From Clostridia bacterium (lineage in GTDB: Bacteria; Bacillota; Clostridia; TANB77; CAG-508): a stretch of 64,000 bases of DNA. The stretch spans positions 15,105 through 79,104 of the forward strand of contig JAGBEP010000010.1 in assembly GCA_017936925.1 (NCBI GenBank), in the 5' to 3' direction. Within the stretch, counting starts at the first letter, position 1. The number at the start of each line of letters is the position of its first letter. The notes below the pieces were generated by a model. It ran no database searches and was not told where the DNA came from. It saw nothing but the letters and a program-made list of their open reading frames with translations. Shown piece by piece: positions 19,422 to 29,043 of the stretch. Made by a program: the position numbers and the translations under genes.

Positions 19422-20159
19422 ATGGAACAATTAGAAGAAAAATGGATTATGCTAGATGGAATTTTAATATATTTTTATATTAAAAGAAAGAAAATAAAAA
19501 ATGTGTATATGAGATTTTTAAGTAATGGAAAATTAGTAATTACTGTTCCAAGAAACTATAAACTTGAATTGATAGAAAATTTTATTAAAGAGAAAAAAAG
19601 ATGGATTTTTAAGCAAATTAAGTTACAGAATGAGGTGAATGCTTTTAAAGAGCAAGATGCTTTTTATGATGGTGACAATTTATATTTTTTAGGGAAAAAA
19701 TATAGATTAAGGTTACTAGCAGGAAATATTAATAGAGTAAATTTTTATGATGATTGTATGGAGCTTAATATTAAAGAAAAATTTATTTCAAATACTGGAT
19801 ATATAAAAAGATTTTATGAAGAATGGTTAAGAAAAGAGTGTTTGAAGATTTGCTTAAAATATATAGAAAACTACTGTGATAAAATGAAAAAGTATAAGAT
19901 TCCTTTTCCAGAAGTAATAGTAAAGAGATTTAAGTCAAGATGGGGATGTTGTATTCCTAAAAAATGCAGAGTGGAGTTTGCAATGAATTTAGTGAAAGCT
20001 CCAAAGGAATGTATTGAATATGTTGTTGTTCATGAATTGAGCCATTTTAAATTTATTCATCATGATGTGAATTTTTATAATTTTGTAAGCTTATTTATTC
20101 CTGATTGGAAAAATAGAAGAGATATTTTGAATAAGTATTATGGAAGAATTATAACTTAA
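19422..20159 (+). CDS. YgjP-like (DUF45) zinc metallohydrolase
   Basis: WGCC...YVVVHELSHFKFIHHDVNF contains the HExxH motif and surrounding conservation of the DUF45/SprT-like family. Confidence 0.7.
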   Translation: MEQLEEKWIMLDGILIYFYIKRKKIKNVYMRFLSNGKLVITVPRNYKLELIENFIKEKKRWIFKQIKLQNEVNAFKEQDAFYDGDNLYFLGKKYRLRLLAGNINRVNFYDDCMELNIKEKFISNTGYIKRFYEEWLRKECLKICLKYIENYCDKMKKYKIPFPEVIVKRFKSRWGCCIPKKCRVEFAMNLVKAPKECIEYVVVHELSHFKFIHHDVNFYNFVSLFIPDWKNRRDILNKYYGRIIT

Positions 20160-20236
20160 AATAATTTTGTCTAATAATTTACAAAATTGTATTATTTGAT
20201 ATAATAATAGTAGTTTTTATAAGGAGGTAATGCTTT

Positions 20237-21634
20237 ATGAAATGTCCAAAATGTGATAAAGAGATACCTGATGGAGCAAGATTTTGTACAAAATGTGGAG
20301 CAAATATAGAAGAGGCTAAAATCGAGGTAGAAAGAAAATTAAGAGAAGCAGAAGAAAATAAGAAAAAAATTGAAGAAGAACAAAAGTTAAAAGAAACAGA
20401 AGAAGCTAAGAAAAAGGTAAAACAAGAGGAAGAAATAAAGGGAGTAGAAGAAAAAACTAAATCGGAAAAAACTAAAAGTGCTAAAAAAGATATAAAGGCT
20501 AAAGAATCAAAAAACAAGAATGAGATAAAAAAGAAAAAATCAGAACCTGAAAATGTTGACAAAAAAAACGAAAAAATTAATGAAAAAAGTTCCGAAGTAT
20601 CTAAAGAAGAAACAAATCAGGCAAAAGAGGAAAAATCTAAAACTAAAAAGAAGAAAAAGCATATTTTCTTAAAATTAATTATTGTTTTAATTATTATTGC
20701 TCTTATATTGTTTACTGGTTCATATGGATTATACAGAATTGATTTACTTCCAGATTCAGTAAAGGATATTTTTCTACCAGCTTATGAATTAGTAGATGAG
20801 TGGTTAGGTATTGGAGAAAAAGATAAACAAAATGATGAAAGTGTTAATGAAACGAATTCTATAGGAAATAAAACTGCTCAAGAAGAGGACGAAATAAAAT
20901 TAGTTGATGAAGATAAAGAATTAGTATACGATTATTATAATAAAAAAATTGCTGGCAATGAATATAAAATACCTGCTATTAATTTAGACTATTCTAACAT
21001 AGAAAGTATTAATAAAGAAATTGCCAATTTGGTAGAGAAAGATTTGAAAGCAATTGAGAACGTAGCTACATTACCAGAAGGCTCTATTTCAAGAACAGAT
21101 TATAGATGGTATCAGAATAAAAATGTTTTATCTGTAGTATTTTTTATTGAAGGATATCATGTAGATGATTATTATGTTTATAATATAGATATTTATACTG
21201 GAGAAGAGATAACTAATAAAGAATTGTTAGATATTGAAAAAATAGATGAAGATGAATTCCCAACAATGTGTTCAGAAGCTGTTGAAGATTATTATGATAC
21301 ATATCTATATTCTAAAGATATTGCTGAAAGCGCGGGAGCTGTGTACAGTGAGGCAAAGCGAGAGAGTATAGATGAAAATAATTTTAAAGTTTCAAAAACA
21401 GATATGTTTATAGGAGGAGATGGAAAAGTTTATATTGTGGCTGAGGTAACTACTATTGCTGGTGCGGGGTATAATAATTTTATAATTAATATAGAAAATT
21501 TAAAGAAAAATAGTAAAAATATTTTTAAGGAAACAACGAATTCTACATCAAATTCAGTATCAAATACAGTTACAAATACAACAAACACAACAAATACAAC
21601 AAATATGGTAAATGAAACAAATTTAACAAGATAA
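20237..21634 (+). CDS. zinc-ribbon membrane protein (N-terminal CxxC-x-CxxC, K/E-rich linker, TM, extracytoplasmic domain, Thr/Asn-rich tail)
   Basis: The protein begins MKCPKCDKEIPDGARFCTKCGANI. There is one central TM helix and a TTNTTNTTN tail. Confidence 0.5.
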   Translation: MKCPKCDKEIPDGARFCTKCGANIEEAKIEVERKLREAEENKKKIEEEQKLKETEEAKKKVKQEEEIKGVEEKTKSEKTKSAKKDIKAKESKNKNEIKKKKSEPENVDKKNEKINEKSSEVSKEETNQAKEEKSKTKKKKKHIFLKLIIVLIIIALILFTGSYGLYRIDLLPDSVKDIFLPAYELVDEWLGIGEKDKQNDESVNETNSIGNKTAQEEDEIKLVDEDKELVYDYYNKKIAGNEYKIPAINLDYSNIESINKEIANLVEKDLKAIENVATLPEGSISRTDYRWYQNKNVLSVVFFIEGYHVDDYYVYNIDIYTGEEITNKELLDIEKIDEDEFPTMCSEAVEDYYDTYLYSKDIAESAGAVYSEAKRESIDENNFKVSKTDMFIGGDGKVYIVAEVTTIAGAGYNNFIINIENLKKNSKNIFKETTNSTSNSVSNTVTNTTNTTNTTNMVNETNLTR

Positions 21635-21660
21635 ATATAATTGTGATATGTAAAATAAAT

Positions 21661-21697
21661 AAACGCTTTTGCTAATTTAGCAAAAGCGTTTATTTTG
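21661..21697 (+). terminator. rho-independent terminator
   Basis: Perfect hairpin AAACGCTTTTGCTAA-TT-TAGCAAAAGCGTTT followed by ATTTTG. Confidence 0.7.
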
Positions 21698-21815
21698 AGA
21701 TAAAAAGAGATTGAATATAGTGTATAATTGTTTTTGTAACTAAAATGAAATGTTAAAAGTGTTGTTATAAAAATCCTTTAATGATATACTTCTTATGTAA
21801 TGGAGGAGAAATAAA

Positions 21816-22679
21816 GTGGATAATAGAAAAACTAAAAAGAGAAAGAAAAGAAAAAATAATACATATAAAAGTGCTATGGTATTATTTATATTGATTTTTG
21901 CTATTGCTATTGCGTTAGTTACTATAGAATTAAATACTGTAATAAAAAAGAAAAAAGAAATGGGCAATTCTATATATACTAAAGCAGAGACTAATAAAGT
22001 TTCTCCTGATGTGAAATATGAAGAAGTGAAAAAAGTAAATGATGGATTGAGTTTTGATACTTTCGTTGATAAAACGTATACAGAAGATGAAATTTTAAGT
22101 TTGTCCAAAAGTGAAATGATTAGAGTTCGAGAAGCTCAAATTGAAAAGAAAGAAAATTCTAGTTTATCAATTCAAAGGATATTAGGAAGTGCTTCTTCTG
22201 AAAATGAGGCTTTAAGATTAGCTACAAATACTTATAATAATACAGTAGATCAAACAGTTAATTCTTCAACGATAGCTTTAGAGGCCGATACATATTATAT
22301 TGTAAAAGTTGAATGGGATTATGTAGGAGAAAATACTTCAAGAAGATATAACCAGCAAGTATTAGTTTTTAAGGATTTTTATTACGATATTGATAAAAAT
22401 ACTTTAAATATGGATGATATAAATAAGGTAAAAGATATATTAGACTTAAAATATTATGTTGAAACATATTCAAATGTAGGTAAAAGACCAATCCAATCTT
22501 TCATAGAAAAGAATGGTGAAACTTGTGAGTATACTTTATATTATTTTGAAGTTCAATATGGTGAGGAAGGTGTTTCTGATAAGATTTATTTAACTTCTGA
22601 AAAAATACAAATTGATTCAGCAACAGGAAACATATTGAGTACAAATACTGAAAGAATTGGCGATGGAGTTACTATATAA
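21816..22679 (+). CDS. membrane-anchored hypothetical protein (K-rich N-terminus, one TM, 240-aa extracytoplasmic domain)
   Basis: Hydrophobicity pattern only. Confidence 0.45.
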   Translation: MDNRKTKKRKKRKNNTYKSAMVLFILIFAIAIALVTIELNTVIKKKKEMGNSIYTKAETNKVSPDVKYEEVKKVNDGLSFDTFVDKTYTEDEILSLSKSEMIRVREAQIEKKENSSLSIQRILGSASSENEALRLATNTYNNTVDQTVNSSTIALEADTYYIVKVEWDYVGENTSRRYNQQVLVFKDFYYDIDKNTLNMDDINKVKDILDLKYYVETYSNVGKRPIQSFIEKNGETCEYTLYYFEVQYGEEGVSDKIYLTSEKIQIDSATGNILSTNTERIGDGVTI

Positions 22680-22710
22680 GTTGTGTTCCTAAAAAGAAAG
22701 GGGGAAAAAT

Positions 22711-22872
22711 ATGAGTGAGCCAATTGGTGAAAGATTTATAGAAGGAAGAATAGTAAATCTTGATAAAGAATCTGTGGAAAATTTAGAAAGAATAAATGAA
22801 GAGGTTTCTAAAAAAGAAGAAAAATTGAGAAACGATTTAGATATATTGATGAGTAAATTAATTGGTATATAA
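22711..22872 (+). CDS. small hypothetical protein (53 aa), first gene of a putative three-gene operon, absent from the ORF track
   Basis: GGGGGAAAAAT RBS then ATG at 22711. Protein MSEPIGERFIEGRIVNLDKESVENLERINEEVSKKEEKLRNDLDILMSKLIGI. Stop 11 nt before the next RBS. Confidence 0.5.
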   Translation: MSEPIGERFIEGRIVNLDKESVENLERINEEVSKKEEKLRNDLDILMSKLIGI

Positions 22873-22883
22873 AGGAGTATTTT

Positions 22884-23306
22884 ATGAGTACTGGTAATAC
22901 AAAAAGAAATATAAAAAATGCTGCTAAAACTGGTGGGAAATTTGCTTTAAAAGGTGTTAAGTTAGCTGGAAAAGGAGCATTGACAGTGGCTGAACTTGCA
23001 GGAAAAGGTACAGCAAGTCTTATAGAAAGCAGAACAACTAGAAAAATTTTAGCAGGAGCAGGAACTTTGGCTGCAAATGTTATGTTTGCACAAGCTTCTA
23101 TTACAATTACAGCTTTGAATTATCTAGTTCAAAATTGTGTTTTAGGAAAAAATTATTCAGCAGCCTCAGCAATAAAAGCTACATTTGGTACAACTAATAA
23201 AGTTTTAGAAGAAGTATTAGGAATAGCGTCTGTTCCTACCGCAGCACTTGCTAGAGGAGCTGGAAAACTTGCTAAAGAAGGAAAAAAAGCATTAGATGGT
23301 AGATAA
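22884..23306 (+). CDS. Gly/Ala/Lys-rich 140-aa protein with a central hydrophobic Ala/Gly segment. Uncharacterised.
   Basis: AAGGAG RBS. Repeats of the type LAGKGALTVAELAGKGTAS. A 27-aa hydrophobic core AGAGTLAANVMFAQASITITALNYLV. Confidence 0.55.
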   Translation: MSTGNTKRNIKNAAKTGGKFALKGVKLAGKGALTVAELAGKGTASLIESRTTRKILAGAGTLAANVMFAQASITITALNYLVQNCVLGKNYSAASAIKATFGTTNKVLEEVLGIASVPTAALARGAGKLAKEGKKALDGR

Positions 23307-23322
23307 TTTTTAGGAGAAAAAT

Positions 23323-24111
23323 ATGGATAATGTTAAAGTAAATGAAGATTTATCAGTTTTAATATCAGATTTAACTAGAATAGAACAAGATAAATTAATG
23401 CTTATGGCAACGATTTATACTAGAAAAAATGAAGAAATAAAACAAGATAAACTTAATAAATTTAATATGTATTTAAAGGATCAACTTTTATTATATAAGC
23501 GAGATGAAAATCGTTTTATAAATAAAATTGAAAGTTTAACTAAATTGTATGAAGATAAAATAGAGAGAATGATTGAACAATATACGATTGAATATAATTA
23601 TTTGCAAAATGAAGTTGTATTTGCTCAAACAAATCAAAAAATTGCAATTGCTAATTTTGTAGCTAGTAAAAAAGGAATGGATAAAGCAAGATTAGATAAT
23701 AATTTAGCATTGATTGAAAAGTCTAATAAAAAGATTTTTGCGACAGCCCAAAAAAAGTTGAATTATGATGTTGTTATTGATGAGTGTACTGGTAGATTAC
23801 AAAAATGTATAGATGATAGTATTGATACCATAGATAATATTTTTAATGTTGCTAATAATAAAATTTTGGATAATAAAAAAGGATTTCTTGAGAAAATAAA
23901 ATATTTCTTTAAAATTACTTTTAAAGGTGATGAACTTTTTGAAGAAAATGTATTGATACCCTTAGAACGTGATATGAAAATTCTTGAAGAAACAGTTTAT
24001 ACTAAGATTTCAGAAGTAAAAACTGAAATGTTAATTTCTATTGCTCAGCTTGAAAAAATACGAAAAGAAATTAATCATACGTTTAATGAGACTTTGAATA
24101 AAGTTTCGTAG
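23323..24111 (+). CDS. all-alpha, coiled-coil-like 262-aa protein. Uncharacterised.
   Basis: AGGAGAAAAAT RBS. Heptad-like K/E/L-rich sequence with no TM helix. Confidence 0.55.
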   Translation: MDNVKVNEDLSVLISDLTRIEQDKLMLMATIYTRKNEEIKQDKLNKFNMYLKDQLLLYKRDENRFINKIESLTKLYEDKIERMIEQYTIEYNYLQNEVVFAQTNQKIAIANFVASKKGMDKARLDNNLALIEKSNKKIFATAQKKLNYDVVIDECTGRLQKCIDDSIDTIDNIFNVANNKILDNKKGFLEKIKYFFKITFKGDELFEENVLIPLERDMKILEETVYTKISEVKTEMLISIAQLEKIRKEINHTFNETLNKVS

Positions 24112-24148
24112 GGAAGAGACTAATGATATAAAAGCTAAGGATTTGATT

Positions 24149-24877
24149 ATGAAAAAACTTATTATAAAAATTATTTTATTTGTACTTTTAGTGATTTTGA
24201 TAATATGTTCAGTCTTTACTTTTGCAGGATATAACAAGTATGCTGATGCTATAAAAGAACAAGATATTCGTTCTAAAGTAGATGAAATAAGAAGTAGTAA
24301 TAACTATACAAAAATAGAGGATATGTCAGAATTTTATCTAGATGCTGTTATAGCTGTAGAAGATCATAGATTTTTTAAACATAATGGTGTTGATTTGATA
24401 TCTGTATTTAGAGCAACAATTACTAATGTACGTAATAAAGAGTTGCTTGAAGGTGGAAGTACTATTACACAGCAATTAGCTAAAAATACTTATTTTACGC
24501 AAAATAAGGAGTTGACAAGAAAAGTAGCTGAATGTTTTATGGCTTGGAAATATGAAAAGAATTATTCAAAGAATGAAATTTTAGAACTTTATTTAAATAC
24601 TTCATATTTTGGGGATGGATATTATACTGTAAAAGAAGCATCTTTGGGATATTTTGAAAAATTACCGAATGAACTTAATAAGTATGAGGCTAGTATGCTT
24701 GCAGGTATTCCAAATGCACCGTCTGTATATTCTCCAACAGTAAATTTTAAATTAGCTTCAGAAAGACAAAATCAAGTGCTTGAAAAAATGGTAAAATACA
24801 AATATATTACTGATGATGAAAAGTCTGAAATATTGACTCAAACACAAACTTATTCAGAATATTTTAATAAAAAATAA
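24149..24877 (+). CDS. mtgA: monofunctional peptidoglycan glycosyltransferase (GT51 family, membrane-anchored)
   Basis: EDHRFFKHNGVD, RATITN and GGSTITQQLAKN are GT51 motifs. N-terminal TM helix. Confidence 0.8.
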   Translation: MKKLIIKIILFVLLVILIICSVFTFAGYNKYADAIKEQDIRSKVDEIRSSNNYTKIEDMSEFYLDAVIAVEDHRFFKHNGVDLISVFRATITNVRNKELLEGGSTITQQLAKNTYFTQNKELTRKVAECFMAWKYEKNYSKNEILELYLNTSYFGDGYYTVKEASLGYFEKLPNELNKYEASMLAGIPNAPSVYSPTVNFKLASERQNQVLEKMVKYKYITDDEKSEILTQTQTYSEYFNKK

Positions 24878-24908
24878 AATATTAAATTAAAAAGGGAGGA
24901 ATTTAAAC

Positions 24909-25601
24909 ATGAACATGAAGGAAAAATTACTTAAAGAAAAAGGTTCTGCTAAAGTTTATATAATAATTATAGTGATTTTAGTGGCTTTATGTATTGCATT
25001 AGGAGCTTTTGCAGTAATCAACTTAAACAAAGAAGAGGATGATGATGAAAAAACATCAAAGAAAAATGAAACTAATACTGTTCAATCAGAAAATAATGTT
25101 GATGATGAAAAAGAAGATGAAGATGAGGATGATGAGGATTCATCAAAAACAATTAAATATACTGGAGTATTAGATATGACAGAAATTATGGGAACTGATG
25201 AACTTGCTGATACTACTTGGACTTTATTTTTAGAAGGTAATGATGATTCAATTCAAGAAATGATTATTACTGCTGAATTAGAAAAATATTTCAAAGAAAC
25301 TTATGAGACTGCTGGAGGAGAGGATTCTGGATACACTTATTCTGAATATGTAGAAACAATACAAAATATATTAGGTGACTCTATGGAATCTGTTGGAACT
25401 CAAATGGCTACAGGATTAGGAGTAAGTTCTTCTGATGTAGATACAACTTCTAAATGGATAGATGATGAGACTTTAGAAATTAGAATTGACTTAAGCAAAG
25501 TTGATAGAGATACTTATGATGTTGATAAATCTGAAAGCATTATAGAAACAGTTGTTGAAGAATTGAAAGATGCTGGGGTTACAATGAAAAAATCTAAATA
25601 A
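24909..25601 (+). CDS. acidic membrane-anchored protein (probable distant paralog-family member)
   Basis: The N-terminus MNMKEKLLKEKG plus TM resembles the 15730 protein. D/E-rich ectodomain. Confidence 0.45.
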   Translation: MNMKEKLLKEKGSAKVYIIIIVILVALCIALGAFAVINLNKEEDDDEKTSKKNETNTVQSENNVDDEKEDEDEDDEDSSKTIKYTGVLDMTEIMGTDELADTTWTLFLEGNDDSIQEMIITAELEKYFKETYETAGGEDSGYTYSEYVETIQNILGDSMESVGTQMATGLGVSSSDVDTTSKWIDDETLEIRIDLSKVDRDTYDVDKSESIIETVVEELKDAGVTMKKSK

Positions 25602-25645
25602 AAATCACTCAAGAGAATATTTAATGAAATATATTAAAATGAAAA

Positions 25646-25677
25646 AAAGGTTAGAGTATATATACTTTAACCTTTTT
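25646..25677. terminator. bidirectional terminator hairpin
   Basis: AAAGGTTAGAGTATA/TATACTTTAACCTTT with one mismatch, flanked by T-runs, between convergent genes. Confidence 0.5.
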
Positions 25678-25699
25678 ATTAAATTAAAAAATAAGATAT

Positions 25700-26351
25700 T
25701 TAGTTTGAGCAACAGTTATTATGGTTGCTATTATTATTATTGTTGTTATTATTTTGCATGCATGAATTATTAGTTTGATAAAACCTTTTTTGCGCTAGTT
25801 TTTCCTGTACACTATTTAGTGCTTCGCCAAATCTTTGGAAATGAATGACTTCACGTTGTCTTAAAAATCGAAGTGGATCTAATACATCTGGGTCATCATA
25901 GCAAAGATTTATTAGTTTTTCATATGTTGCACGTGCTTTTTGCTCTGCAGCTAAATCTTCTTGAAGATTGGCTATAGGATCACCTTTACATGCAATATAT
26001 GAAGCAGTAAATGGAACTCCAGAAGCTGCAGAGGGATAAACATCAACTCCATGATCAGTATAATATGCGCCTAGTCCGACTTTTTCTAGTTCTTCAGCAG
26101 ATACACCATCTGTCAATTGATGTACAATACTTCCAACCATTTCTAAATGTGCTAATTCTTCTGTTCCAATATCATTTAATATTGCTTTTGATTTTTCATC
26201 TGGCATACCAAATCTTTGTGATAAATATCTAAGAGAAGCGCCTAGCTCGCCATCAGGTCCTCCGGTATTGTGAAATAATAAATTTCGCTAAACGGGGATT
26301 AGTATTTTTTATTTTAATTGGATATTCTAATTTTTTTTGATAAAGCCACAT
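25700..26351 (-). CDS. cotJC: spore coat protein CotJC (manganese-catalase family) with an apparent +1 frameshift near 26264
   Basis: DIGTEELAHLEM and GVPFTASYI...GDPIANL are CotJC/Mn-catalase hallmarks. The N-terminal 40 aa (MWLYQKKLEYPIKI...QY) lie in another frame upstream of the ORF-track start. ATG at 26351 overlaps the cotJB stop (TAATG). Confidence 0.8.
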
Positions 26352-26353
26352 TA

Positions 26354-26623
26354 GCAGTTACCTCCTTTTTCCCAAGGCCATGGTTCTTCTAACCAGCGCC
26401 ATTGATCGCATGGACATAGAATTGATAGTGGACCATACATTTTTTGATAACAATCTGTTAACATTCTAAGTTCATTTGCTCTTTGATTGTGAAAATAGAG
26501 AGCTTTTTGATCGTCTGGATGAGTATCTAGATATAATCCTAATTCAATTACAGTAAAATTGATGCTTTGAATTTTATTCATTAAGGTTTCACGTGACATA
26601 TTATTATTTATATTCTCGTACAT
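26354..26623 (-). CDS. cotJB: spore coat protein CotJB
   Basis: LYLDTHPDD..A...H conserved CotJB region, about 88 aa, position between cotJA and cotJC. Confidence 0.75.
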
Positions 26624-26943
26624 GAATTACATCCACCTCCTGTATTTGAGCTTCTAAGAAAGCTTATTTCTTCTGATGATTGATTTGGACAATATGGACT
26701 TACTAATTCAGGAAAAATAGTTCCCATTTTTAATCCCATTTCTGGTGTATATATTTGATTTAATCTTTGATTTACAACATAACTATGAGCATACATCCAA
26801 TTTTGAGGGAAAACAGAATTAGTATTAAACCCACAATTACAAGATTGTATGTTGTTATTGTATATTGGTATGTTATCATTTTCAAAGACTAGGTCTTGAT
26901 TTTGTTCTGTATTGTTTGAACAAGAATTGCAATTTCTAAACAT
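26608..26943 (-). CDS. cotJA: CotJA-like spore coat associated protein
   Basis: Small Cys/Asn-rich protein immediately upstream of cotJB, overlapping it by 16 nt. The assignment rests on operon position. Confidence 0.5.
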   Translation of the reverse strand: MFRNCNSCSNNTEQNQDLVFENDNIPIYNNNIQSCNCGFNTNSVFPQNWMYAHSYVVNQRLNQIYTPEMGLKMGTIFPELVSPYCPNQSSEEISFLRSSNTGGGCNSCTRI

Positions 26944-27107
26944 TTAAATGTCCTCCTTTTATTATTTAAGCGTGTTAAAAGTTTAACTAATATAGAGTAT
27001 GATTTTTAGAAAAATAAGGTGCTAAACGTAACAGAAACGTAATTGAATTTATTTTTTTATATGATATAATTTTTTGTAAGTTTTTAGAAGTTTAAAAAGG
27101 AGTAAAT

Positions 27108-28607
27108 ATGGATGCTTCAATATTAAATAGTTCTTTATATAGTACATATACTAAATTTAACAAAGAATATGGAAAAAATAATGATCAAGAGGGATTACTA
27201 CAAGTTAAAGAGGCTTTAATTAGATACATGAGAGATAATGATGCGAATTATTTTACTAAAACGAATAATGCAAGGGGTATGCTTGTAGCGAATATTGCTA
27301 GAGAGGAACTTGCTACATATTTGTCCGAGTATTTTGTTCAACTGTCTAAGAAAGATTATTTAAAAGATTTTGATGAGCTAATATTAGGATTTCAAGTTTT
27401 GGGAACGACTAATCAATTAGCAATAAATCAAATTAGGGATTGTCTTTTAGGTAGAATAGATAGTTTTAGTTCGGTTTCTTGTGATAAAGTGGCTGATATA
27501 GTATGTGATGTATATAATAGGATTGAAATGAGACAAATTGCTGAGGACGAGAAAAAATTAGCTAGAAGAACGCAAATTAATGTATCTCCAAGATATGGAG
27601 TAAGAAATTTACAAGTAAATTCTCAATTAGTTAATTACTGTAGAGAAGAAGTTTTATCGGGAAAACAGATAGCTATACAAAATGATTTAAGAAGAAGTAA
27701 TTCTCATGTTAGACCAAGAAGAGAGTATAACTTAAATGATGAAATGATTGCAGTTACAGATATTGGTCAAAAAAGAAAAACTCAACAAGATTCTGTGCTT
27801 ATGTTATATCATCCTAAGAATCCTAATTATAAATTTTTAGTTGTTGCTGATGGTATGGGAGGATCAGTAGATGGAGACAAGGCTAGCCAAGAAATTACTA
27901 GACAAATGGTTGAATGGTTTGAGACTTTAAATCCTGATATGATGCTTGAAGTAAATAATTCGCGTCTTAGATACGAGTGGGATAGAAAATTAAATGAAAT
28001 TAATGATTACATATTATCTACGACTCCTAATTCTGGTTCAACTTTTGTAGGTGCAATTGTTGGAGAAGAAAGTACTACGATTGCTTCTATTGGTGATTCG
28101 AGATGTTATGCTTTAGGTTATGATGGAGAATTATATCAAATGACAACTGATGATAATATTGATTTCTTAAAGTATAAAGCAAAATGGGATAATTATAGAT
28201 CTGCTGTTGGCGGAAGGCTTAGCGAGTATCATCTAAGATTAATGAAACGAGATAAAGATGATTTAAGATTTAGACGCGATGCAAATAAGATTTTAAAATG
28301 TATTGGTGCTAATACAGAAGGACCTGTTGGAACTACTTTTAACAGATTAAATAATTCGTCTTATAAGGCGTTAATGCTTTTTAGCGATGGAGTTACAGAT
28401 TGTTTATCAGATACAAAATTATTGGCGATTACAAGAGATACTTTATCTAAAGATCTGGCAAGAAGAATTGTTGATGAAGCCATAACAGTAAAAAGTGTAA
28501 GGCCTGATCTGGTTGGAAGTAGCGAGTATTATTCGGAAATTGCTGCTGGAAAAGATAATACGTCAGCAGTTATATATAATAAACGAAACGATATGGGGGA
28601 AAGATAG
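27108..28607 (+). CDS. PP2C-family Ser/Thr phosphatase with an unknown 210-aa N-terminal domain
   Basis: The C-terminal half has PP2C motifs VTDIGQKR..QD, VVADGMGG, GSTFVG, IGDSR and LFSDGV. The N-terminal half has no recognisable motif. Confidence 0.8.
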   Translation: MDASILNSSLYSTYTKFNKEYGKNNDQEGLLQVKEALIRYMRDNDANYFTKTNNARGMLVANIAREELATYLSEYFVQLSKKDYLKDFDELILGFQVLGTTNQLAINQIRDCLLGRIDSFSSVSCDKVADIVCDVYNRIEMRQIAEDEKKLARRTQINVSPRYGVRNLQVNSQLVNYCREEVLSGKQIAIQNDLRRSNSHVRPRREYNLNDEMIAVTDIGQKRKTQQDSVLMLYHPKNPNYKFLVVADGMGGSVDGDKASQEITRQMVEWFETLNPDMMLEVNNSRLRYEWDRKLNEINDYILSTTPNSGSTFVGAIVGEESTTIASIGDSRCYALGYDGELYQMTTDDNIDFLKYKAKWDNYRSAVGGRLSEYHLRLMKRDKDDLRFRRDANKILKCIGANTEGPVGTTFNRLNNSSYKALMLFSDGVTDCLSDTKLLAITRDTLSKDLARRIVDEAITVKSVRPDLVGSSEYYSEIAAGKDNTSAVIYNKRNDMGER

Positions 28608-28608
28608 T

Positions 28609-28914
28609 ATGAAAAAAGTTATGACTTTAATTGACGAAGAAAATCATTCTGATAAATATGAAATATTTTGTTCGTTTGATTCTGATATGACAGGCAGAAG
28701 TTATGTTATTTATACTGGATATTATGAAAATGATAAAGGACAATTAGTTTTGAATGCAGGTTATTATGAACAGATTGATGAGGATACATTAAAAATAAAT
28801 AGAAATTTGACTCATGAGGAAAATCAAATGATTTCTGATATAATGAAAAATATTTTCGAACAGGCGGAAAAAATGGATAAAGAGAAGAAAGAACAAAAAA
28901 AGAATGAAGATTAA
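28609..28914 (+). CDS. DUF1292 (YrzB-like) small acidic protein
   Basis: LIDEENHSDKYEI...SYVIY... pattern typical of DUF1292. The ATG is 1 nt after the PP2C stop. Confidence 0.6.
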   Translation: MKKVMTLIDEENHSDKYEIFCSFDSDMTGRSYVIYTGYYENDKGQLVLNAGYYEQIDEDTLKINRNLTHEENQMISDIMKNIFEQAEKMDKEKKEQKKNED

Positions 28915-29043
28915 AAGAAAGAACTTTATTTTTAATTTTATTAAAAATAGAGTTCTTTTTATGTTTAAAAAAACTTGGAAAATATTGATAATAGTGAGAA
29001 AAAAGTATATAATAGATACGAATTGTTTATTTAGGAGAAAGAA

